Assembly: GCA_025201805.1 (NCBI GenBank) | Contig: MU619241.1 | Location: forward strand, 337,386-401,385 | Source of the DNA: Parasitella parasitica NRRL 2501 | Taxonomy: Eukaryota > Fungi > Mucoromycota | Direction of reading: 5' to 3' | DNA: 64,000 nucleotides | In this document: positions 13,586-25,815 of the stretch, piece by piece | Layout: every line of letters starts with the position of its first letter | Numbering within the stretch: position 1 is the stretch's first letter | The notes under the pieces: model-generated | The model's input: only the letters and a program-made list of their open reading frames with translations | What the model was told of the DNA's origin: nothing | Databases searched by the model: none | Translations under genes and position numbers: made by a program

Positions 13586-13825
13586 TTTAAATAAAAAAAA
13601 CAATACAACAAGAGAGTGAGAGAGAGGGAGAGAAAGAGAGAGGGAAAACAAAAAGAAACAATCGTCATTTCTATTAATTTTTAGCGTCGAGGTACAGATA
13701 TGGCATTTCCGTCCATAGGAATTCAGAGGCAATAGGTCCACTTGAAGGTGGCTTATTATTGGCTAAAAGAACCAAAGACTTTTGCTACATGAACTCTCGC
13801 CTTTCTCGACAATTTCCATCGCACA

Positions 13826-15456
13826 ATGGCTGATGATAGTATCTGGAAAGACATCTTGAGCTGGGAAACCGAGATCCATAAAAAGGACGAGGCATTATCA
13901 AGAAGAAAGCCTGTCCATGACCAAGTAAAATACGCATTTAGAAAAGAATTTTTCTCATTATTAAATCATACGTTGTTAGGCTTTACCTCCTGTGAGAAAG
14001 TCAACTGAAATCCTCCTTGACAATAATGCAAAACCTGTTGGCGTAAATGCGTTTTCGAATGCTTCTAAAAAGGTTTTTTTTTTTTAGCTATAGTGCTCCT
14101 GTCGATACTGATTAACCTTTCATCCGCTGCTAGGCTACCACAGCAAATACAGCACCCAAAACTAGAGCCGAGAAGGCAGAAGCCGAAAAGGCCAAGGTAT
14201 GCATCAGAAATGATATTTCGGAAAAAAAAAAAAAAAAAGCTTACAAGGCATTCAGGGCAACGAGTATTTTGGTAAAAAAGATTACAAAAATGCAATTGTA
14301 CATTATGGAAGAGCAATTGATTTGGACCCTACCGTACCTGTCTACTTTGTCAACCGTGCAATGGCTTATTTAAAGACAAACAGGTGAGTCGAAGCGATCT
14401 GTGTGTTTCAAGGGCTGTTCACTGATAGATATCAGTTTTTTGGAAGCAGAGAGAGATTGCTTAAGGGGCCTTCAGTTACAACCCAAGAATGTCAAAGCAC
14501 TTTGGAGACGTGGCATTGCATTGCGAGAATTGGGCAGGATAAATGAAGCTAGAAAGGGTGATTGCTACAGTGCTGGTCGTAACACATTCATTGCTAATCA
14601 GGAAATCTAGATTTTCAGGCTGGCTTGGCGATTGATCCCAACAATAAATCACTTTCGGACGAAATGGCGAAACTGCCTGCTGTCAAATCTACAGCAAAAC
14701 CCACATTGAAAAAGGTAATGGAAGAAATGGACTCACGGGTGCAACCAACTGCTGATCAAGTTATCTAGTCTGAGCCTGTTGAACAGAAACGTAGATTACC
14801 AATAAATGTGATAGACGATTCTTATACAAAAGCAAAAGCAGCTGAGCAACCTAAATCTCACAAAGTTGAGCCGACATCAACTAAAGCTACAATCAAACCT
14901 CAGCCTGTCAAAAGAGCCGACTCTATCATTGCTGAGGCTGCACCAGCAAAGAAGGACGCTACTTGCCCAGCTGAAATTGTTGAAAAACCAATTATGCCTG
15001 CCGTTCCACTGCAACTCACTTGCCCTCGTACTAATTTTGAGTTTGAGAGGGATTGGAAAACGTGCAAGGGGAGGGGTGAAGATGTGCTGTACCAATATTT
15101 TCTGATAATTCCACCCAAAGAATATGCAACCATTTTCAAATCCTCTCTAGAGTCACATCAGTTTGAAAAGATAATTGAACTGGTCGACACAAGATATGCA
15201 AAAGAGAAATCGGCTCAAGATATTTACAGTGTACTTGAAGGGCTTTCGCAAGTCAAGCGTATCGACATGCTGATTATGTTTTTAGACAAAAAGCATCAGC
15301 AAGGTACATAGAGGCACTATGTTTGAAATGCAGTAATAGACTAACTATTGAATTATAGCTGTACAACGACTGTTTGATCTGTTGAAGACAAATATAACTG
15401 AGATTCCAGTGGAGAAACTACGAAAACTTTCCAAGATTTACGGCACAAAATTTTAA
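13826..15456 (+). CDS. RPAP3/SPAG1-like TPR co-chaperone (R2TP) with RPAP3_C domain
   Basis: N-terminal DILSWETEIHKKD, TPR segments (GNEYF, NRAMAYLK, NVKALWRRG), and C-terminal PRTNFEFERDWK...LSQVKRIDMLIMFL. Confidence 0.85.
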
Positions 15457-16087
15457 TAGTCAATCAGTAATAATGTATTATTTAGTGTTACGGTTTGAAT
15501 TTATGCAAAGATAAAAAGCATAATGTGTATTTTTTCCTTCGGCTATATGTATTAAAATCATGTGGGACATCATTGAGGTTTGATCCGATAGACACTGCGT
15601 TCTGAACGAAAACATGATGCCATCTATCATGCTATGATTCATTATGTATATCTCCATTTACGCATCGCCAAGAAATCGTTCGCGTACGTATGATATGCAG
15701 CTCATTGCTAGTAGACGCTACTACATGTGTGCGAGTATGGTATTGCCGTCAATTTGACAGCAATGTGTAGCATGCAGTGTCTTTAGCACCGTAAAGTATA
15801 ATGCATTCTAAAAAAAAATGGCATATCGCTTAAGGCGCGTGATGTTAATATATTGATACCATGTGAGAGAGATTAGCTTTCGTATTCAAAATATGCTGTT
15901 CTGAAAGGGTCTCTGCATACGTAAACGAGTAGCTGTCCAAGATTTGCCTTAAATGTAGCGTTCCTTCAGCACAGAGATATCACCGAATAGCCGTTGGCAA
16001 TGAGATGCTCACCATGTACATCTCCAGCTTATAAAAAGAGGAATCTTATGAACAAGATTGCCTATTTTTATTTTTATTTAAAAAAAA

Positions 16088-16672
16088 ATGAGAGCTCTGA
16101 CCACGACTATGCTACTGATATCTGCGTACTTCTGTATCACTGCTGTACATGCTGCAGGCAACAATGCTCCAAAGGGCCCTGGAGCCTGCCTCCTTGAAGG
16201 CAAACCGTGCGGTATTAGCGTAGATGGATTCCATGGTGCTAAATGCTGTAAAGGAACTTACTGTGTAGCAGGAGCCTGCAAAGTCCTAGGCAACACGTTC
16301 CCCCCACCAAAAGCTGGAAAGCAAAAGCCTCAGCCTAACCCAAAACCACCAAGCAATCCTCTTGCACAGCAAACATGCAGGGAAAAATTGAAAGGCGCTG
16401 GCTGTGGTAATGGCCCTATCGATGCCATAGGTCAATTTTGTGTTTGCCAATGTCCCAATGCAGTTGCAACTTTGGAAAGGTTTTCATCCAGTTGCATCCC
16501 AACAATGGAAGACCGTGCTAAACTTATCAAAAACTGCAGAGAGTACAAGGCTTTAAGAGATTGTCCTCAGTTCAAAAAGCAGCTTGCTGGAAATACTGCA
16601 TGCGTTGCACTCAAAGATCAGTTCACCAAAGATTGCGCGGCTTGTGGTAAGAAATGCATCTCGGCTATATAA
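16088..16672 (+). CDS. Secreted cysteine-rich protein (knottin-like domain + Pro linker + 12-Cys domain)
   Basis: Intronless 194-aa ORF with a hydrophobic signal peptide. The ATG sits in an A-rich context with TATAAAA at about 16030. 18 Cys follow the signal peptide. Confidence 0.8.
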   Translation: MRALTTTMLLISAYFCITAVHAAGNNAPKGPGACLLEGKPCGISVDGFHGAKCCKGTYCVAGACKVLGNTFPPPKAGKQKPQPNPKPPSNPLAQQTCREKLKGAGCGNGPIDAIGQFCVCQCPNAVATLERFSSSCIPTMEDRAKLIKNCREYKALRDCPQFKKQLAGNTACVALKDQFTKDCAACGKKCISAI

Positions 16673-16927
16673 AAAGCCAGCTGGTAGCAACTCTTTGTAG
16701 TGTATTCCACATAATGTTGAAGCAATAGCACATCTCCAAATAAAGCTTGAGTGTCTATTGTACATACAGCCGCCTTATAGATGACATGTGGTGGCTCAGC
16801 AAGCCAAATCTCTCGATTCTCCAACACTGCATATATTTTATTTTAAGACTCAAGTGTTGTTATTTTTTTTTTTTTTTTTCTCTCTCTCTCTCTTTTCTTT
16901 TCTTTTCAAGTCTTGTATAAAGATATC

Positions 16928-18419
<1,492 letters not shown>

Positions 18420-18601
18420 ATTTCAAAAAGTCGACAAATGTGGGGCTCATGTCCAGATTGAGAGAGAGAGAGAATAAAAAAAAAAAAGAAAAAAAATAAA
18501 CCATAAAAACAAAGGACTATGTTCTGAAGGTTAAATAAAAAATTCTTGTTATTTTTAGTCATTGAACCTCTTTTTTTATCGTTGTTTACACAGTTTTGAC
18601 C

Positions 18602-19795
18602 ATGTTGCGATCACAAGCAGTAGTTTTAACACAAAGCACATATCAGCTGAGACATCTCATCGTGAAAAACAAACATTCATCTCTGCTGCTGAAAGCCTGT
18701 TCTTGCCCAACACTATTCCAGCAAAAACAGCATTTGACAGCTTCGCCTCAACGTGTAACTAAATTCAAAGTTATAGAATCAAATCCCTCCCTTGGCAAAC
18801 TGCCAGGGCTTTACAAAGAGCTGGTTAAATTCAAGCTGGCAGCATTGGTTACTTTGACTACAATGGCAGGCTATGCGATTGCCCCTGGCGAAAGTACCGT
18901 CACGACTCTCATTGCAACAACACTGGGAACAGGGCTCTGCATCGGTTCTGCCAACGCAATCAATCAATGGATTGAAACTCCCTACGATGCACAAATGCTG
19001 CGCACAAGAAACAGAGTGCTTGGCAGAAGAGCATTATCGCAAACTCACGCATTTGGATTTGGCACCGTCACCGGTGTTGCCGGTGTCTCTCTACTAGCTA
19101 CATGCGTCAACCCCATCACAGCCGCTTTGGGCGCTGCCAACATCTTGCTATATACCTGTGTCTATACGCCTATGAAAAGATCGTCTATAGCAAACACCTG
19201 GGTGGGCGCTGTCGTAGGGGCTATTCCCCCAATGATGGGTTACACTGCTGTCACAGGCACATTGACAGATCCAGCTGCCTGGGTGTTGGGAGGCCTTTTG
19301 TACGCATGGCAGTTTCCACATTTTAATGCATTGGCCTGGAATCTGCGTGCGGATTATTCGAAAGCCGGATATCGTATGATGGCTGTTACCGATCCTAAAT
19401 TGAATGCGCGCGTCTCGCTACGTTACAGCCTGGCCATGTTCCCGCTTTGTATAGCTGTGCCTTACTTGGATATGACTTCATGGTGGTTTGCTCTTGATTC
19501 GACTCTCGTCAATGGAGCCATGGCTTATGGTGCATATAGATTCTGGAGAAACAGGTAAGTGCGCGTCCGCCGCACTTGACATGTCGACTAAAACGGTTGC
19601 TGTTTATGCAGTAATGATAAAACTGGAAAGCAATTATTCTTTGGTAGTGTAATTCACCTACCAGTTTTACTTGCGTTGCTCATGATACATAAAAGATGGA
19701 ATTTGCATGGCAGCAACCCACTCATGAATGAGGAGCAGGAGGAAGAGGAAGAGGAAATCGAAGAGATTGTACAGTGGGTGACAGAAGACGAATAA
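18602..19795 (+). CDS. COX10: Protoheme IX farnesyltransferase (heme O synthase)
   Basis: ANAINQ, DAQMLRTRNR, YTPMKR, NTWVGAVVGAIPP, WQFPHFNAL and DYSKAGY. One intron at 19555-19611. Confidence 0.95.
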
Positions 19796-19848
19796 CCTTA
19801 TCTCCAACATGTAATAAACACACAAAACTGTACTTCTTTTTATTATTA

Positions 19849-21045
19849 TTATTCCTTGTTGAAATCGCTCATGTTGGTAGCTTCGACAGGGGAGCCAATG
19901 AAAACAAGCTGCTGAATCTGTGTATTTTCTTCATCCTCTTGATTATCTTCAATAAAAAGCATGATGTGAGTGACATTTTGATATTTCACAAATCTCAAGT
20001 TGACAATAGCGTCCTCCTCAAAGCTTTCCGGAGTTAGTTGAAGCGTTTGCGTTTCCTTTACAGAGTCAACATCGTCAAAACCCAATACGGTTCTGTTGGC
20101 GAAAACCTTGACGGTTTTAGGCGCATTTGCTATTACAAAAAAAAGTTTAAAATTCTAGACTTTTTTCAAAATTGCATTTTTTTTTTTTTTTTTTATGCAT
20201 GCCGCGCGCTTACCAATATTGGGAACCTTGAATTTCAAGGAATGGAGTTTGACAGCTACACGGTCGCCCAGAGTGTTAATTCACATGTCGGGAATAAAGC
20301 AAATACCACATCTCTCGTCTTACGTTGATTGAAGGGAACACTGATGATCAATTGCTCACCCTCGCCACTTTGCAAGAAGCTATCGTTGTCCTTGAAGATG
20401 TTCTTGACGTTATGTGCTTCTTGTTGGTTCAATGCGTCCATTTGATTAGGCGTAATGAATTCAGTCAAGTCAACCTAACAAAGCACAGACATCAGCAAGT
20501 GAAAATGGCACGGAAATCAGATGCCAGATCTTACATAACCAGGAACACCCACGCTTTTTTTAACAGAGCCTGAGCCTGAGCCTGTTGCGCCTTCAGAATG
20601 CTTTTTGATAAGAGCTTCAAGTGCTTTATGATCAGCACCTTTCATCTCTTCTACTTTGCTGCCGCCCTTATAGAATTGGAAAGTAGGCCTGCGCAATGTA
20701 TACAAAATGGCATGAATCACTAGCTAGCATTTTGGAGAATGACTGGGAGACAACTTACATGGAAGTAATATTACACGCTGCAGCGACATCTTTGGCCTGA
20801 TCCACATCAACCTTTGCAAACACGACTTGACGATATTTGTTAGACAGTTGAACATAAGCGGGAGAAATCAACTTGCAAGGCCCACTGTTGTATAAAAGCA
20901 GATTAATAACCATGCTACGCGTTGCATATCCCATGTCCATCGTTTACCACCAAGTCGCAAAGAAATCCACAACAACCAGCTTGTCTTTTGTTGCCAGGAG
21001 GTTTTTGAACTCTAGGCCATTTGAAATGTTTTGTATAGCAGCCAT
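19849..21045 (-). CDS. TXNL1: Thioredoxin-like protein 1 (thioredoxin + PITH domain)
   Basis: VVVDFFATWCGPCK is assembled across an intron. PITH segments include LIISVPFNQ and LRFVKYQNVTHIMLFIEDNQ. Confidence 0.9.
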
Positions 21046-21229
21046 GTTGTGTGTTTCGAAATAAAGGGCAAAGATTACGTCTTACGTGTACCACTCACTT
21101 GTAACATTTTGGAAGCTTCAAATGAAATTCATGTCCCATCTGCTTTATTAAAGTCACATTATAATCCACCCCCCTTCGAGTTCATTCACACTATGGGTGC
21201 CTTTTACCTTTATTCAAACCAGTCAAACC

Positions 21230-21947
21230 ATGGCCAAGTATGCAGTTATTTGTGCGAGCAATCAAAATAGATCCATGGAAGCGCATCATGTGCTAAAGTA
21301 AGTTTTTGGCAGGGTGAGGATGAGGCGGGACGCAATGCCAACGACCTCTTTTTTTTTTTTTTTTTGTAACTAGCAAGAAGGGCTTCAATGTCAAGTCATA
21401 CGGCACAGGCACTATGGTTCGCTTGCCAGGCCCAGCTATCGACAAACCCAACATCTACCCCTTTGGAACGCCGTATGAGAAAGTTTACCAAGAGCTGAAG
21501 CAACAAGATCAAGCACTCTACACACAGAATGGCTTGCTAAGCATGCTTGACCGTAATCGTAAAACAAAGGAGGCTCCGCAAAGATGGCATGAGTCGCGAG
21601 AGTTGTTTGATGTGATTATCACCTGCGAAGAGCGTTGTTTTGACTCGGTTATTGAAGATCTGTGTAATCGTGGACAGAATCTGAATCAAAGTACGCATGT
21701 TATCAATGTCGAGATCAAGGATAACCATGAGGATGCGTTATTAGGCGGAAGAGCAATACTACAATTGGCTCAGATGGTAAAATACTACAATCTGCATTGT
21801 GTTGTGTATTAATCAATCCTTTTTTTTTTCCCGAAAATATAGATTGAAGCTTCAAACGACATTGATGCAGATATGGATGGTATCATTGAAGAATTCACAC
21901 TTAGAAACTCAGGATTTCCTATTTTGCACACGATTGCCTATTTTTAA
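21230..21947 (+). CDS. SSU72: RNA polymerase II CTD phosphatase Ssu72
   Basis: VICASNQNRSMEAH catalytic motif, VRLPGP, ITCEERCFD and IKDNHE. Two introns. Confidence 0.96.
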
Positions 21948-22430
21948 GATTGCTATTAAACTCACTGTACATATGAAATGTTTTGATTCTTTAAATTCTT
22001 TGTTCCGCTGTCAGAGTTTTTGCTGCAACACCTGCAAATCCTGCCAACTTGGTAATCGGCTTCTCTTAGATACGGTTGTACGCATTCTTAAGGGATGCTA
22101 TCTTGCCTGAGATACTAGATGAATAGAGTTTTTCAGTGGTGGCTAGCATACTGGTCACAGCCATCTACTGTGAAGGCCACATAAAAATAACGAGCCGTCT
22201 TCAATATGAAATCAGAATAGTTGAATCTTATGTGGCAGGGATCATTCAAACTTGGCTTTTAAATAGTGTTTTGTCAAGTGCGTGATGTGGTATCATATTT
22301 GGAGTAAAGTATTCCCCCCTCCCCACATTGAAAATGGCAGCCAAAATTTTTCTACAAGGTTTATATACAATGATTCCACAGAAACATGCGTAATTAACTA
22401 GTTGCAAGGTTTTTTTTATATTTTTTTTAT

Positions 22431-23628
22431 TTAAAGCTTTGCAGACTTCAAATTGATCCGAGCAGCTTTCTCCAATTCTTGTCTTCTATTACGGGCAGTG
22501 ATTAAGGCAGCAGCAGCTCTTGAATTGGTGGGTCTACCCAGCTTTTCAGAGATCCAATCACCAGTATCGATAAGAGCATCCAGATCAACACCAGTCTTGA
22601 GCCCCAAGCCATTCAGCATGTAAACCACGTCTTCAGTAGCCACATTTCCCTTTGCCCCGGGAGCATATGGACAGCCACCAAGACCAGCAACGGAGCTATC
22701 AACGACTCGGACGCCATACTCTAATGCCTTTAAAATGTTGGCTAATGCTTGGCCGTAGGTGTCGTGGCAATGGACAGCCACCGCCTCGATAGGAACCACC
22801 TTCAGGACATGCTCCAACAGAGTGCCCATAGATCCAGCAGTGCCAACCCCAATAGTATCACCCAAACTGATCTCATAACACCCAGCATCGTACAGTTCTT
22901 TAGCCAATTCTGCCACCTTTGCGGGATCGACTTTGCCCTCATAGGGACAGCCGAGAACGCAAGAAAGATAGCCTCTTACTCGCAAGTTTTGATCCAGCGC
23001 CTTTTTCAAAATGTCTTTGGCTCGAACAAGAGACTCTTCAGTGGAGCAGTTTGTATTTTTGCGATTGAACGAATCTGTCACAGCCGTAAATAACGCAACC
23101 TCCTCGGCTCCGGCGGCAACGGCGCCTTCTAAACCTTTGAGATTGGGGGTCAAGACAGGATAAAATACGCCAGGCTTCTTTCTGACGGAAGTCAGCACCT
23201 GCTTGTTATCGCCCATCTAGTTTTTTTTCACAAGCCAATTGGCCTTGATTACTAACGAGCGCTTTCAATGCTTCTCTTCTTTTTTTATTACCTGAGGCAC
23301 CCATTTAGGACTAACAAAGCTCGTGGCTTCAACCACGGACAAACCATTGCTTGCGAGTCTTTCAATCAGTTCGATCTTTACTTGCGCAGGCACGAGAGTC
23401 TTTTCATTCTGCAAACCATCTCTAGGCCCTACTTCGACTATCTTTACAAAATCAGACGAGTAAGGCGAGATGGCAGGCCTTGCATAGCTTCTTTTCAAAA
23501 TCTACAATGATGTTAGCTTTTTGTTGTCGTCGCAGCCATGTCTCCAGCCAAAAAAAAAAAAAAAGCACCTGATTTTTTAGCGATGCTCTTGCTGCGATTT
23601 TCGACACAGACGAGGTATAAAAACGCAT
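22431..23628 (-). CDS. HMGCL: Hydroxymethylglutaryl-CoA lyase
   Basis: [34 protein letters not shown] and [15 protein letters not shown]-terminal AKL. Confidence 0.95.
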
Positions 23629-23785
23629 CTTGACACTGATATTAAGAAGAATAGACAAGAAAAAGAGAATTACATTTATTAGGATGGGGTAAAAAAAAAA
23701 AAAAAAATATTTATATAATGTTATGAGAAATTTGTCTCACGGTCATGTGTAAAAGAGGCCGCCCCCCCCCCCTCCTCTCCTCCTC

Positions 23786-24724
23786 CTATGCCCAAGTGAT
23801 TGTCAGACCTATAATCAATCCTAGCAGTAATATGCTAACCAGCGTCATGCAGCAATTCACTATCTGGAAGGCTCTTTGTTGGTTATGCAGAGAGCCTTTA
23901 TCTGATCGCATAAAGAACCGCCATGTCCCGGCCCACCAAAGAGGGAAAAAGAGGAATCCGAACAAGAACAAAAACATGTCTGTCCGATTTACATGGCTTG
24001 ACATTGGAATTACGCTTGTTTCCAATGCTGCAGGAGGTATCGCTGTGGTTACGATTTCATCATTGCTCAAAACGTCATTGGAGGTTGCCACATTATCCTG
24101 GCCAGCAGGAAGGCTGTTGTTGCGGCTGCTTTCATTCATGTCTACCACAACGGTATCTGCTCTTTGTTCCTGATACGCTGATCCTGACGAGCCGCTGTCT
24201 TGCTCCAAAATCCTTTGATTATCCAAATGTGGGTCATACTGACGGATAGCGTCCCATTTTGTTTGCAGCTCAGAGTCTGTATCAGCTTTGCTAGTAGTAG
24301 TAGTAGTAGTAGTAGTAGAAGAGGAGCCAATGTTGCCATTAGCCACTGCGCTGCTGTTGCTTCTCGAGAGATTCAATATGAGGTTTGCCAGTGTTTCTCT
24401 TTTCTTCCGGTTCTTTTGCTGCCTTATTGTAGTAGTGGTAGTTGGAAATCTTTTCAGGATGGGGGGCTCAGCTAGTCGATTTCTGGTGCTATTTCGATGG
24501 TTTTGGTGCTGCTGCCGATATTGTCGTGCGTCGAGCGGGAATGATTTGCGTCTGGTTTCGTAATCCGGCTGGTATTCGCTGATCTGCCCTGATATGGAGC
24601 TGTTTTTGTATGCTTTTTTATGGTGGATCAGAATATCGTCGCAGCTGCCGTTATTATGGGTATAGTAATATCGAAAAAGTGGCCAATTCCCATGTAGATT
24701 ATCAATTGTATTCCTACGACCCAT
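23786..24724 (-). CDS. Hypothetical low-complexity protein with two C-terminal transmembrane segments
   Basis: 312-aa intronless ORF containing FLFLFGFLFFPLWWAG and a terminal hydrophobic helix. An (ACT)n repeat encodes poly-Thr. Confidence 0.7.
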   Translation of the reverse strand: MGRRNTIDNLHGNWPLFRYYYTHNNGSCDDILIHHKKAYKNSSISGQISEYQPDYETRRKSFPLDARQYRQQHQNHRNSTRNRLAEPPILKRFPTTTTTIRQQKNRKKRETLANLILNLSRSNSSAVANGNIGSSSTTTTTTTTSKADTDSELQTKWDAIRQYDPHLDNQRILEQDSGSSGSAYQEQRADTVVVDMNESSRNNSLPAGQDNVATSNDVLSNDEIVTTAIPPAALETSVIPMSSHVNRTDMFLFLFGFLFFPLWWAGTWRFFMRSDKGSLHNQQRAFQIVNCCMTLVSILLLGLIIGLTITWA

Positions 24725-24880
24725 TTTTGTGCAATGAAAAGAAAGAGAGGCTGTTTATTGTTTGTACATTACTTTATTTATACAGGGAAATGAAGCCCCC
24801 CCCCCCTCCCTCTCCTCTCCTTCCCCTTAATCAATGAACGTAATCTGATCACGTCTTTCTTTGGCAACATTTCATGAATT

Positions 24881-25784
24881 TCATGTCAGCAAGTCTTCGT
24901 CTATAGGCGTTCTAAGGCGGATTTCTTTCTCCATCAACAACCTAATCAGCTCATTCGCCTCCTTTTCATCCATGTTCGTGCCGAACGACTTGATCCCGAG
25001 CATGTATAGTTCTGTAAATCGCTGGTTAGACATGCTGCTGGTCGATAACCACACACTAAAAATAAAGCTAACCTTTCGACCATGGGCATTCCCGAATTGA
25101 TCTATAAAACAAACTACGAGCCCTTTGGGTGTTATTCTGCAGCAGCTCGAATTGAATGTAACACTTCCACAGCAAGATGGATGCCTTTGTCCGGCTATCC
25201 TGCGTTGACCTCTCGAGATAGTCTCTAACAGAGTTTACATGGTACGGTGTATACTTGTGTAATTCGCTATAAATAGCAGACAGCCATAAAATGACATTCG
25301 AGTCCCTACAAATGCTATATCAGTATTCCGTATGCAGATGCACCTGCTCCTTACTTTTTAACTGCATCATTTAATAAATGTTGGACCCTATTGTAGATCT
25401 TTGTTTTGGACTCATTCCATATATAAAACGCAAGGAATATGGTGTTGTTAGGAAACAGTGCAAGTGCGTGTTCCATCGCCTGTCTCAACAATCCCGGTTT
25501 GTAGCTTGTATTGGTGGTAGCGTGCCTATAAAGGAGTGTCGCGTAATCGATCCACACTACTTCCGCCTCGTATCCTCTTTCTGCTTGACGGTCTTTGATG
25601 TAATCCAGCGCATGCTGATAAACAAGACAAGCACTGTCCAACCCACTTGACAGGTACTCGAATAGAGCGCTGCATCCAACCATGTTGATGGCAATGTGTC
25701 TTTCTGATTGTGATTGAGACAGTGTCGATAACTGGGCCAACTTTTGAGTGAAATACTATTACAGGCTTTGTGAGCTTGGCCTGC

Positions 25785-25815
<31 letters not shown>

